A DNA stretch of 64,000 nt from NCBI RefSeq assembly GCF_000150275.1, contig NW_002060948.1:5440336-5504335 (forward strand). The letters are read 5' to 3'. The stretch comes from Trichoplax adhaerens (lineage: Eukaryota > Animalia > Placozoa). The translations under genes were made by a program, and so were the position numbers. The notes under the pieces are model-generated. The model did not search any database and was not told the DNA's origin. It was given only the letters and a program-made list of their open reading frames with translations. Shown here piece by piece: positions 1-13,579 of the stretch (within the stretch, counting starts at the first letter, position 1; the number at the start of each line of letters is the position of its first letter).

Positions 1-14
1 ATTAATTTTTGCAG

Positions 15-983
15 GTTTTCAATGTCATGAAAGTCCAAAGTAAGAAGTTACAAGAGAAATCTGCTAAGCTTGAGGTAATAAGCATGTTGAATTAAATATG
101 CGATCACTTATGCCATATAAGATAAAGATATTATGATAATCATACTAATTTAATTAATTCTACATGATGATCAAAACTTCTAGGCTTTATTAACGACTGC
201 TTTAATGCAAAGCTATAGCAATTTAAGGTACAAGAATCTATTTAGTTGTTTTAAAATTATCATTTTATACAAGTTTAACTAATTTTTCTTACACATTAAC
301 TTGTAGTAGAGAATACTTTATTGATTGGAAGCAGTCGTACGTGGAAAGAAATCAACTTAAAATGGAAAAGCGCCAATTATTAATCAAATATTATTTATCT
401 TGGAAAACAAGGGCAATAAATCAGATAAAAGCGAAAAAAATGGTACGTATTACGATTTCAGGATTAATTAAAATATTAAAATTGGATCATCAAATTGGAT
501 ACTCTGGAATAGATTTAATGTTGATAGTAAGTTCACTTGTTATCGTTATTTGACAAACTTCCTTTACTAACTATTATAGCGACAACTATGCCTACTGGAT
601 AATGCTTGGAGCCAGTGGAGGAGATTATTTATTCGAATACGGGTTGTTAATCTCTTCGTCGAGCAGGATAATAAACAGTTGCTAAGCAAGGTAATTTCTT
701 CCTCTTTCTTATGATGCTTTTAAAAATTAGTTGTAACATTGTTAGGCGTTTACTTCATATACAGTATATTTATTTCGAACTTGGAGTTAAGAATATTGTA
801 TAGAATTCCAAAATTTCAAGTTTATTCATACTAATGACTTGGGAAATACAATTACAGGTACTAGGATCATGGCATGCATGGGCTTCTAATCGCTGCCGTT
901 TACGCCAACTTTTAAATAGGAAGAGAAGAAAATTATTGCAAGAATTTTACTATCGATGGCAGGATCGATATAACTTTAAATAA
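15..983 (+). CDS. 3' portion of a spliced gene encoding an SFI1-like Trp-repeat protein (5' end outside the window)
   Basis: GT-AG exons 15-74, 184-227, 307-442, 580-690 and 858-983 splice in frame to TAA at 981-983. The translation has periodic Trp motifs (YFIDWK, YYLSWK, NAWSQWRR, LGSWHAW, FYYRWQ) resembling centrin-binding SFI1-type repeats. Orthology not established. Confidence 0.65.
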
Positions 984-2614
984 TATAAATTAAAGATAAT
1001 TGATTTCTTACATTGTTATTTCTAATCGTAAATTTCTCTTTAATAATATTATACTGTAAACAATGTTGAGATAGTACAGTTAAGAGTTGAGATGGCAAGC
1101 GATAATGAAGACTTACTACGATTCAATTTGTTAATTGCGCAATGAATAGGTTTAATTTTTTACTTCTAAGATAGAATTCAAAATCGATTGATTTAGATCA
1201 TTTTGAAATGAAAACATATCTACTGAGATGTGTACATGTTTATGCGGCAGTATTAGTGAAGATTGCAATGAAAAATAGTTTGAGCCTATTGTATTTATAA
1301 GCTATAGCAATAACTGCCTACTTACTAACTTTATATTTGTGATTGATAGAATTATAATGTTAATAATCCAATAGCTCTTTGTTTTTTAACTAATTAAATT
1401 AAATTCTATTGCTGACATTTTTAAGATGAGAAAAAATCAGCAATGCTAAAATAATTGTCTCGATCTGTACGTATTAAAGAATTTATGTAAATCCTTACGG
1501 CTAATGGTAATAGAATTTTTAACTTATTCCAATTCTATAGTTCCAGTTTGAATCTAAATTTAAGATTTTCTAATAACAGGAAGAACATTTAGAAAAATTT
1601 TTTACATGCTTTTTACGCAGTTTCAAGCCGTTTTATCAAGCCTATAATTACTTTTGGTATAGCTAATTTTAAAAAATATCAATGTTTTTAAATGCACCTA
1701 CTTCAATTTTACATACATTTATATCGTATTAGTTTGCTATTTGGATGATAGCAAACATATCGACTGATAAACATGAAATATAATAAGGAAGATAAACTTT
1801 AGAGTCAGATTCTCGCGAATCTGCTTCCATGATCGACCTAATAATATTACAATTTTTGCTTCATGTAACAAAACTTTACTTTCTGTATATAACATTATTT
1901 GTTAACTGTTTTTTTTTTTTATTAATTCGACGTTAATAAAACGACATTCACAACAATTTCTACTTGAAGTTATTTGTATATGATTGCAATAATAGAACTT
2001 TTAGATAGCCATCGCGTCACTATACTAGATTGCTCGTTATTGCACGTAATATTGGCCAAACTTTTCAGTAGTAATACCATAAATAGTCAGAGTTAACGAG
2101 AAAAGCAAGCTAAGATTAAACTACAGTACCGGCACATTAAATTGAAATAGCAATTTAATCCCTATCGATCCTGATGACTGTATCAGCTAGATGACTATAT
2201 TTGTCCGTTATGTAATATTATGTAATTATTAAGAATTTGTCACCTTATAAATATGTATCCGAAAAGACTTTAAACAGAAGTCATTCATAAATGCACGTTA
2301 TTACTAAATCAGTAAAGAAAGGAATGCAGCACATAAATAGCTTATAACTGAATTTGTTACTTGCTTTATTTGAGGATCAATCAACCAACTAATAATATAT
2401 AATTAAGAAAGTTCAAAATTCCCGATATGACCCTAATTCCTTATAGCATTGATCATACAGTAATGCACTTAAATAAATCAAAATTGTATGAAATTTACAT
2501 TGATTACTAGGCTAGATTTAAACGAAATCCAAATAATAACCATACGAAGAATTCTACTGACACATTTAGTGTAAGTTTAAAATTGTAATACGATCGTTTA
2601 ACTATCAGACAACA

Positions 2615-5478
2615 CTAGTTTCCAAAGCTACTACCACCAATATTGCTGCCTTCGACTCCATCTGGTGAATGCATTTGCGAGATTAATTTAGCGTGATCCG
2701 GCAACTCTGATTCAGGTAGAAATGGTGTTGATGTACCAGTCGTACCAATCTTTAAAATATTTTCCTTTAAATCGATGCAGCACTAATAGGTCAGTAGAAC
2801 CAGTAAAATGGAATTACAAAATATGTTTCAACATAATTTGGTATGGTGATTGACGTTAATATGCAAGCAGAGCAAAAAACATCAATTTAGAAGCTTGTAT
2901 CAACTTTATCTGTAGAGCTAATTAAGTACTAAAACAATCTTACCTGATGTCTTTTTAGCATATCCAGTCCTAGTAACATATCTATTGACTGGTCTTTAAG
3001 CACAGAAAATGATGATGTAAGGAAATCTGCTTCAATTTGAATATCTACCATATGAATTCTACCAATTATCTCTTGTTTGCCGACGCCTACAGCTACTCCA
3101 CGAAATCTTTTGTCAACTAGGCGCACAATATTACAGCGTTTAGCACAATTTTCACTCATGATTGTATGTTGAGCTCCAGAATCAACAAAAGCTTTGACCG
3201 GATATCCATTCACATTGCATTTAATGTATAACATGGTTACCTAGTGATTGTGAAATACGCCAGTTAGTTGAAACAGGTTATCACTATTAGAACGCAATTA
3301 TTTAGTGGTAGAATATTGCCTATTACCAACGAATTTGACCTTTTAATACTCACTTTTCAATCTTAAAAATAACGTAGAGATTAAGATAATCATATTGAAG
3401 AAATACTTAATATATTGATTTTTATGATGTACATATAACGTGTGTAGTATGATCTGGAAATGAGTAGTCATTTAACATTTAAAAATAAAATTGTGATACT
3501 AATTAATCTACTTGTGTGAGCACTGGTATGCCATAGTGAATCGATTTGCATATTGTGCTGCAATGTACATTATTTGAGCCTAAAACTGAGGCTGCCAGTG
3601 ATGGAGAATATTGTTATTACAACCAAGAATATTAGTAATCTTACCTGGCCAAAAGCTTCTGGGTTATATTCCATTGCTCCCTCCATATTTTCATTGATAT
3701 TCTGTCTATGAATTAATTCTTCAATATGTCTTTGAGCTTCCGGATCAAATAAATCAGCATTCATAGCACGTATAGTTTTCAGTTGTTCTTCGGCAATCTG
3801 TTGATGCTGTTCTTCAGCTATCTGTGCAAATTTGGATGCATTATGAATGTTATCGGCCAAATTAGGATTACGTTCTTTCAAGATGGCTAGTTTTCGTGGA
3901 TCATTGAGTAATGCCTGACGCATCATTTCCGCTTCAGTAGCTCTACCCTGACTTTGAGTTTGTTGAACATTCTCGGGGATGGCAATAGAATTCCAATTTA
4001 ATTGTGGAACGGCCGCTTGCGAACGGTTAGAGCTGCTAGTCATTTGAGGCGGTAGTATATTTGTATTATTACCAGCTAAAGCGCCAACGGCTGATGTTGG
4101 CCTAGCATACTGGGAACTACTTTGGTGACCTCTTGTTTGCGGGACTGGAATAGAGCTGAAATCCAATTGCGGGATAATCGAACTAGTTGCTGAAGAAGCA
4201 TTACTTGAAGGATTACTAGTAGTACCAATGGGATTAGTTGATTGGCGATTAGGCTCTAAAAATGGGTAAAATATGAAACTGGCATCAACAACGGCAAGTT
4301 CACGATAACCGTTCGATTAATCGCGCAAGTTAGCCATGGTGTTAAATCGTGGATAGGAGACTGATTTAGCAAAGTTCTTACTTAATTCTGTGAAAATTCA
4401 TGTTATGCAATCATTTGTTTGTAGAAGTTGATCATCTTCACGTATACGTATGTACGTCAATGTGTAGATGTAAAATACACTATTACTATAAACTACAATA
4501 TGATGTTATTATCACAATTGTATTTTTTCTCTTAATCGAAAGATGTCATTGACAGCATTAAGCTAAGCTCATATTACTGGATAGATACTTTTCTATCTGG
4601 TACTTAATAGTCTGCAACTATATGCCTTAATAATACAGCAACATCCACGTACAAGTAGAGCATAGACAGTACAAATATACTAGGCCATTGACCAGCCATT
4701 CTATTTCAATAAATTAAGCAGAAAGCGAATGGTAATTTAATCGCTACTATCATAACCATACGAGTACTTGACTTGCAAAGCAATTGCTCTTCGATTTGCC
4801 GTCACTATTGAGTAAGATGTTATACTTAATGAGGATGTCCAAGGTAGCCGAAGCATCATAATTACATTACGAAACTACGACTTTGAATGATGCTCGGATT
4901 TCAATGTTGGAAACTGATAGAACTTGATCTGATTTATAACAGTATAGTGATTAATCGAATTACAAAAATATCTTACTGTTTTAGTCCACGTAAGATATAA
5001 AATCTACTGTACAATGTACACCCGTCAAGGTTGTCAATGTAGAAAAAGAAGAATGTGAATTTAGTAAGTCATTATCATCTACGATAACACATAGATATGG
5101 AAATTACATCATCATTGAATTGCATGATCAACAAGTAAATGATCAATAAGTGAATAAGAGATTGCTATTCCTACTATCGTCCTAACAACAACAACTTATC
5201 CTTTCAGTTTAATTACGCTACCTACAATCATCACAGTTATATATAATAATATTACCTGCTCCTTTTAGCTGATACGTCAAGACGCTCCCATCTTGTACAT
5301 TATAAGCTTGTAAAGATTTTTTACCATCGCTTAATTCAACACCGCTATGATAAAGACTAATGACATCAGCCGGTAAACCACTCATGACTTCCAGTAATGC
5401 TTTAAAGTTCTCCACTTCCATGTCTTGGCTTGCATCCACCGGGATATCACCAGTGTTACCTTTGACCACGATTCGCAT
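2615..5478 (-). CDS. DDI1: DNA damage-inducible protein 1/2 homolog (UBL-HDD-retroviral-like aspartyl protease), about 432 aa, 4 coding exons
   Basis: Exons 5478-5256 (UBL, MRIVVKG...), 4255-3645 (DFSSI motif; helical region LKERNP...[11 protein letters not shown]), 3240-2944 ([24 protein letters not shown]...[13 protein letters not shown]) and 2782-2615 ([16 protein letters not shown]..., TAG). Intron phases match and catalytic DSGA is intact. Confidence 0.95.
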
Positions 5479-5919
5479 GATTCCCAATACAGTCAAGGTC
5501 GTTAATGCTAAATCAATACTACAGGTAGCTAATTTTTTTCTCAACGATGAACTAAAGTGGTAATTCAACAGATTGGATCGATGGATATGAAAAATTTCTT
5601 CAAGCTTGCCCTTCCAATGTATGAAAAAGATGATTCACGATGATGAAGTCATTGTTATGGCGATCAATCAACGGTACTGTAGACTAGTGTACATTGTACT
5701 GTGCACTGTACACTGTAAAGGTTTGGGAGTCCAGTTGGGTGCTATTGAGGGTTACAGAAAAAAGAAGGACAATGTTGATAGTGCGCAACAAGAGATGTCA
5801 CCTGCAAATTTATTCCTTCAATAATAGATTATACTATCAATGCATGCAAGGTATGACTGATTATTTGCACAAAGATGGACAAAGTTTTAGTCTTTGACTT
5901 CCTATCATCAATCCCTAGA

Positions 5920-6360
5920 TACTGTCTGTAGAACTCGCTATTTTTATCGAAACTACGAAAGGTCTATAGTTCGGTTTGGTTCTATGCAGCCAGCCCTTTT
6001 TTTTTTATGGGTACCTGTTGCCAGTTGGTCAAATGTTTGTTTTTTGCAATTCTACTGTACTGTATGGGTGATCAGGTGTCTCGCCTCCGATTTCCATCAG
6101 CACCATCAGCCATGGACTTCGAGATACCTGAGGGCTGAGGTATCTCCAAGTCCAACTCAGTAATCCGATAATGGCTTATTGATCGTGATTAACCCTAGGT
6201 ATTACAGCATGTACAACAAATATTACTCCGCACTTTACTGTCTACCTTGTCGATTTCCATACTACTAAAAAAGGAGACAAACGGGAAATGATCGTTCAGT
6301 TTACTTAAAATGGTGAGGCCTACAGTTTGTTGGCCATATTAAGTGTAACGTAGGTCCGTA
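5920..6360. ncRNA. Candidate structured non-coding RNA between the divergent DDI1 and LRRC34 genes (identity unknown)
   Basis: Hairpin 6114-6153 (15 bp with one mismatch), long imperfect hairpin about 5922-5993, hairpin about 6303-6344, T10 run 5997-6006, and no credible ORF. Confidence 0.3.
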
Positions 6361-6909
6361 ATCCTATACTATACTGTACTGTACTTTTTAAATGTCCTCG
6401 GCTATACAGTATTGTCTATAATGATTGTCATCCAAATGAGCTACTAAGTTGGTTTTGTACAGTATGGTGTACGATTTCAGTGGTACGGTACAATACTGAA
6501 TAGTAAGTGCAGGCGACGCTATAATTATTATTACTTAGATTGGATCACAATCATGTAAAATGAAACCTTTCTGTTTACTCTCTTATTAGTAGTCTCGGAT
6601 TAGACGATCTATTTCTTAACTTGAGCGATTTTTGACTTTGAGGAGTACTCTGTATTGTACAAGTCACTACAGCTACGATACCATTTACTAGTAAAAGGAT
6701 ATACAATAATATACAGTAGATAGGAAGTCAGAAAGGTTAACTCAAAAAGAAATAATCCGTGGCCTAGTTTCCATGGCAACTTGTCGATATTACTAACCAC
6801 TGCAGAAAAGGCAGAAATAATCACATCATCGAGTATACAATTATACTAGCAATTGATCAATAATATTATTAAGGCATCGGACTAAACGGTACGCACGATT
6901 GATTTAGAC

Positions 6910-9582
6910 ATGGCGACAAATTTAGATCTTGCCGGCATCCACACTCAAGATTTTGTTCAAACATCCGTTAACCCAGATGGATTAAAGAACGATTACTTGA
7001 AAATCTGTAAAGAAGCAAATATGCGGCCAACAAAATTTATCGAAATGTCCATGAGAACTGCTAACGAAGAGTATACACTGTAAATAATATAAATATACAT
7101 CTTTCAACGATCGTTACAAAAGTAGAATTTTCTACAAATTTTATCTACCATGCGGCTACGGAAATGATAATAACTCTTCAACTGTATTCCTATTCATTCT
7201 CATATTTGTCATACCAATTAAAGGAATCCTACAAACTTACTTCATCTAACTATGAAAGGCAATAATCCTCTAATACAGCAGCAACGCTTAGATGATGATG
7301 TAAGAAATATATTATATATTTGACACATTTAGCAGCGTTATCGTGATGTTGTATACTCGTATTTTGGGTAGCAAAATTGTAATATTGTCAATGAATGATC
7401 TAACTTGAAGCATAAAAATCTTATAGTTACATTATACCAGTTGCTGCGTTACAGCAATCATGATCTATTGATATTATATGTTATTTCAGCAAATCACAGT
7501 TAAATTTACATTCGATGCAGTTTGCTAGTATATACTGTCATACAAATATTGTATACGAATCGTGTGAATTAAGAGAATCATACATATCTAGCAGATATAG
7601 TTATTAACGGAGACACTGTAGTTATAGCATCATAGCTCTAAAATCTCTGATCATTGCAAATCTAACTGTTAGAGGATTTAAAATCCAGTATGCTACAAAG
7701 AAAGTGCTAATAACGTAATAACTTCTAAATTTTAGGATGCCAACATGATCTGCAGGACAATGAAGGTGAATTTTCATGTTGCAACCTTAAATTTGGCTTA
7801 TAATAACATATCTGACGAGGGTGCAAAGTGTATTGGAAAACTACTGGTGAGAATAACTAGACACTTCTTGTTCGACTACATATTCACGATGCTAGATCCT
7901 GTCTTTCCCTAATTCAGTGCTTATTTATGATTAGGAAAATCATCCTCTACGACTTTTAAATCTTTCATATTGCGATATCGGCCCAGCTGGTGGAGAATAC
8001 ATTGCTAAAGGAATTCAGGTAAAACATTTAAATAACGTAGATTATGACTTAATCGTTGAATATTGATAGAATGTCAAACTTTAATTATAGATGACCGAAA
8101 CACTTACAGTTCTTGATCTCAGTGGAAACAAGCTGAAAAGTAAAGGAGTTCTAGCTATTGCAGGAGCTTTACAGGTTAAACTGAATCAGATGCCATATCT
8201 CAATTGTACTGAATCTAAGCTAAAGGTGGTATAATTTGCAAAAAGAAATAATCAATCGCTTTTTGTAACAATGCATCAATAGGTCAATTTATCAGTAAAA
8301 GAATTATATTTGGCCAATACAGATATGGTAAAGAATTTCAATAGTGCTAGGTATTAATTTATTATTGCCTATTTTTCTAAAATTTTTCAAAACCTTTATT
8401 GATTTCAGAAAACTGAATGTGTCGTAGCTATAGCGACTGTTCTACGACAAAACAATATTGTACAGATCCTTAATATCGATAGGCCATTGCTATTCAGCCA
8501 ACAAGTACATTCTTAAATAAATAAGCTTAACGTCTTCATATTCTTTATCAGTTAAAAGTTCTACTATGAATTTACTGGTTATAACTATATTTTAAACAAA
8601 ATCTCTAAACCCTTCGTTAGGAAGAGACTACAGTCCACATTGCTAACATGTTGAAGGTAACGAAAGAATATCAGATAGAGAACCATTAAATTATTTTCAA
8701 TTGATATTGTTGATAAAATTAGATGAATTATTTACAATAGGTAAATAGCTCGCTGCGGAAATTACATCTATCAAAGCATGATATTCGTGATTTTGGCGCT
8801 GAAAGACTCGTAGAAGCATTAATTTATAATACTGCTTTAGAAGAATTGGATCTAAGCTGGTACGTGAAACAATATTACAACAATTGAAGATATTATACTG
8901 AACTCATGTTTCTTAAACTGAATACAGTAATCGCATTACTCGAGATGGTGCCGGTCATATCTCCAAGTTGTTGCTACAAAATACTCCATTAAAGCACCTT
9001 AATTTGGATTTTAATAGAATAGAAAGTGATGGAGCAATTCACCTTAGTAGAGTTTTATCATTTAATACACATTTACAAAGGTATTTTTTTACAGCTTTAT
9101 TTAATTAAAGTGAGATCTGATTTAATACTATACCTATTGTAACATTCGATTCGTAGAATACATGATTAAGACCGAATTTTTAATTACGATTATATTTAGC
9201 TTACATATAGCAAGCAATTGTATTAGTGGATCCGGATTGTGTGCTATTGCTGATTCATTATCCAAAAATCAAACACTTATGGGCCTCTATGTTTGGGGAA
9301 ATAATTTAGAAAATTCTGCCTGTGTTGTAAGTAATTTAAAGATACTCCTATTTTCTTGCAATTCTTATTTCTATAGCAGACTATTGTACTGTTGTTCTAT
9401 TATGGCCAGCATAAATATATAACTTATGTGGCTAATACAAATAAAAAAACATACTTTAATTTGATCAAAAGGCTTTCCAGGAGTTAATGGAAGATGACCC
9501 ACCCAGGTTAAAGGAAGAGTTTACCGACGTTAAGCCTTACGTGGTTGACGGAATAGTATATCTAGCTGAATTGAATCATTAA
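6910..9582 (+). CDS. LRRC34: Leucine-rich repeat-containing protein 34 (RI-like LRRs), about 400 aa, 12 exons
   Basis: Exons 6910-7070, 7224-7299, 7736-7846, 7935-8018, 8091-8174, 8283-8327, 8409-8504, 8621-8656, 8741-8859, 8928-9080, 9200-9326 and 9472-9582 are in frame. LRRC34-like segments: RPLLFSQQEETTVHIANML, KHDIRDFG, YVWGN, TDVKPYVVDGIVYLAEL. Confidence 0.9.
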
Positions 9583-10508
9583 AATGCTATGCCGATACAT
9601 ACGGTCAAGTTATACTATTACAGATAAGCCATTACAAGGCTTAGGTATGTGCGTACTACCGTAAAAAAACTCGCAGATTATTTACTTGGATCAAATTTTT
9701 CTGTTCTAAACAAACGTATCAAGGAGTACGCAATACTGGAAGCCGTATTTCATCATACAGTACAATGTATGTTACTAGTTAAAATTCTATGACATGCCCA
9801 TACAGTACGATACGTTACAGCAGAAGCCTAATGAAGCAAAATGGAATAAAATAAAAATACAAAATACTGATATTGCTCCCTTTAGAATAACGACTAATGT
9901 ATAAAAATCAACTCTTGTTATATGTCGATTTTTTATTTTAATGCAAGCTGTAAATCAATTCAAATAAGTTTCATTTTAGGAATTATATGGTTAATTATCA
10001 CAAGATTGAAGTTGCGTATGATCGAGACAATAAAAATTGGATGTGCGTTAAACATAAGTATTAAAGCAGTCGAATAGATACGTCTGTACGAAGGCGACGC
10101 AGATTATGACTATGACACTGCTGATGATAGCACAAATGATAGCATATCAAGGACCCATAATACTACTGTATAATCTCACATCGATTTCATCATTTATCAT
10201 GCTAAGATTGAAATTAAAAAGCAATAGTATGCTTTCAAAGTGCTCTTTACACTAAGGTCTGTAAAGTAACATCGTTCTAAAAATTAAGACATAAATGTAA
10301 CCATGTTCACAAAACATTCCCTAATCTTGATTTTAACATGTTATCTTTAAGCCTTGAGAAACGCTTCAATACAAAATTAGAAAAATTACAGAAATTTTTT
10401 GTAATATACAGTTGATCATTATATAATAAGGAGTTAGATCATTTTATTGGCATAACGCCTATAGAGTACGAGAGATTAGACATTTAAACAAGGTTTTTAT
10501 TATTGAAA

Positions 10509-12690
10509 TTATCCATATCTTTCGTCTGCTTCACTTGCAATGCCGTTAATTTCAACATCATTTGACTGTACTTCATGCAATTCCGATGCAGCATCTTCCC
10601 GATGATTTGTACTTTCATCATCGTTTACTTCGTTGTTGACAGCGGTAAATTTGTTATCAATCTTTTTGTCTATTCCATTTTCAATACCTATTAAGGCAAA
10701 ACCGTCAATACATAGGTCATGTTATCAATTAACTTAAAAATGAGTCATGATAAAGAACATTTATATTGTGCAGAAGCGAACAAAATAGCCCTTTCCATTA
10801 CTTACTTCCATTGGTTAACTTGCCTACTTCTGTAGAACTCTTTTGCCAGGAAGGGATTGATGAATTACGTTGAGGCAATTTCGGTGCAGAGGGAAATTGT
10901 TGTCTAGTTGATGACATAGAAATCAATATCAATCATTACTAGGAACATTTTTGATACGATTTTCTAGTCATGGCAGTCCAACATCCATATTTATAGATTT
11001 ACCTGCTTAGCATAAGACCTTTAATTGTTGCTAGATCTTTCTTTAACTCGCCAACCACGTGTGATTCAACGTTACCACCCTAACCATTGAACAAAATTTC
11101 CATTATCTGTAAACGTAACATAAACACTAAGATAACAAATAGTTCAACATCATCATTCAGTCAACCTGATTTAATGGGCCTCTTGTTATCATATCTACTT
11201 TGGTTTGTAAGTCGCTCACGCTATCCTGATATATAAATATTGGAAATAAGATTCATTTTCAATGAAGATGGTCAAGCAATCAATTTTTCAATTCATTATT
11301 TTATGCAATACCTTGACAGATTCTAAAGTTGACTGGAGACCTCCTACTATAGTATAATTTAAAAATTGAAAAGGAATAAGAAAGCGAGCTGAATAACTTT
11401 AATAACATCTAGCGTAACTTGGGATCTATATCAGCCTACCGGTGATAGCCACATCAGCTCTTAATTCTCCTACGCTTGTTTCGATTCTTCTTAAATGTTC
11501 TTTATTATCCTTTTGCTGCTTAAACCAAGGCATAATAAATCTCTATATATTGAAATATATTCAATATGAATGCCTGTTTAGTTACTACTGTAGTACAACA
11601 CCCTAGCTATAGCTATATTTGTTGTCATAGGGATAGACGATTTGAAATGATTGCCTAGTACAGTGCCTACTTACAGTTATTAACACCTTGATTCCATAAA
11701 ATGCCCCTGCAACTAAAGCGGCAATAACTGCAATATCTCTCCATCTGTAATGCCTGGAAGCAATAGCTGCTGTTGTCGGAACGACTTCTTGCGTATTGGG
11801 TACAGCCACAACACTTGCAGGTTGAGTTGGTGATATGGTGGCTTGGTTATTGGTCAGATTTTGAATAGGGCGATGCTAGAAATGATAGCATTTTATGTTG
11901 TAGCTTGTATCATGAAAGCAAATTGGGATAAACTAAGCTGTTGTACAAGTGTCGTGGAATTACCTCATCGCTAGCTGTACCAGATCGATCAATAGCAACT
12001 TGTAGTTCTTTGGCGGTTAAACCTAAAGCGTTGATAAAGTAGAATTGAATTTAATCGTGAAAGTCGTCGATTGCTGTCCACGGTAGGCAAGAGCTTCAAC
12101 ATGGTATATTATTAAGGTGAAGTATCACAGTACCTTTTTTGAGTAAAAATGCTTTTCGTTGAGGGAAAGGGCTTTGTCGTACTTTGGGATTTTGAAGAAA
12201 TTTAACGGCAGTTGATATCTAGATGATTGATTGAATGAATACACTGTCAAGGGTATCATCATCAACAAGCTGTTGATGGCGCTACATCCAAGGCAGCAAG
12301 TACTATGGTGAATACTATCTTGTCCATCTGATGATGATAGTTTAAATGTGCTGTACAGTACTGTATTGGATCGAATAGAATGACGATGAACACCTACTAC
12401 ACTACAGTACTACAACTACGGCGTATCCTACCATATTTTCACGAACGGTTTCCGATTGATTGGATGATGGCGTATTGGAGGCAGCTTGTTCTTTTTTTCC
12501 TTCTTCAGCTCCTGGTGTGGCATCCTTGCCACCCTTGAAAATGATTCAACAATTGACTTAGCCTAACGCAGTCTTGTCAATAACAGGCTGCTATTCAGTA
12601 AACGAGTAGACTGTAATACATGCAGATGAATGTCAACGTGCTTACTTCAGATCCTGTCGTTGAAGGAGTCTTGTTTGCTACGTCAGCCAT
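10509..12690 (-). CDS. PEX14: Peroxisomal membrane docking protein PEX14, about 347 aa, 11 exons
   Basis: Exons 12690-12646, 12533-12432, 12218-12134, 12022-11964, 11875-11675, 11542-11440, 11346-11312, 11225-11166, 11079-11003, 10903-10806 and 10687-10509. Pex14_N motif [21 protein letters not shown]...[10 protein letters not shown], hydrophobic [42 protein letters not shown], acidic tail. Confidence 0.92.
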
Positions 12691-12997
12691 TTTCCTTGCT
12701 CAGAAATGTGCTCTTGAAGACAGCATCCAAGTTAAAATATCGCGGACTTTAACCTGCCTGGGTGCCCAAATGAAATTTTCAACTGTAAACATCGCCAGCA
12801 GCAGTACGGCCAAATTTCCGTCATCCGAATACGGTACAGTACAGTACAGTCTATTTGTACAGTACACAGAGGTCATCAGAAGCCATGATTGTGGCCAGTT
12901 GGTAGCCAAGTTCCTTGCCAGTTAGAAGCTAGACATCGGACGCCGACAGTCAGCGAATACCGTGCTTTAGTAGCCCATCTTTGAGTACTTGGCACTA

Positions 12998-13070
12998 AGT
13001 ACAGTACGGTACCGTACCGTACTATACCGTACCGTACTGTACCGTGCCATACCATACCGTACCGTACCGT
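12998..13070. repeat. Pentanucleotide microsatellite (TACCG/TACCA/TACTG variants)
   Basis: gtacagtacggtaccgtaccgtactataccgtaccgtactgtaccgtgccataccataccgtaccgtaccgt. Confidence 0.9.
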
Positions 13071-13579
13071 GGCATCAACTGCCTCAGGTCGATGAAATAC
13101 CCCCACGTCGACTCCCTTATCAACTCCCCCGTTTAAATAAATAGGGAATAAATAAAAAGGATTTTCTATACAGTCAGTACAGTACAGTACATACTGTACT
13201 GTATGTACTGTACTGTAGATACAGTAGACACAGTATTATACTGTACTGTACAAAGGATGAGGTCAAAAATTGAAAAAATTGATGCAGCACAGTGTACAGT
13301 ACGAATAGACGTACTGTACACTGTAATCAAGGACGTCAAGACTTCGGTACTGGAGTCAGCAAAAACTACTAGAACCGGTCGTACTGCAAGCCTGTACTGT
13401 ACAGTACTGTACAGTGTACTGGTACCGTAGTGTACTAGAGTACTTTACGTACTTTTCTTTCATCCATCTTTCTTTCTTTCTTTTCTTCCTTTCTTTTTGT
13501 TGGAAAAAAGTATAGTACTCTGCTGTACCGTACACTGTATCGTAGTCAAGTCACTCTCTTTTCTCTTGAGTACTGGACC

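Noticed and set aside
5479-5568. ORF-track N-terminal extension of DDI1
   Set aside because: It has a non-ATG start, and the UBL begins at ATG 5478.
5880-5970. RNase P/MRP CR-I-like strings (GAAAGGTCT on +, GGAAGTCAAAGACT on -)
   Set aside because: No properly placed complementary CR-V to form the P4 helix.
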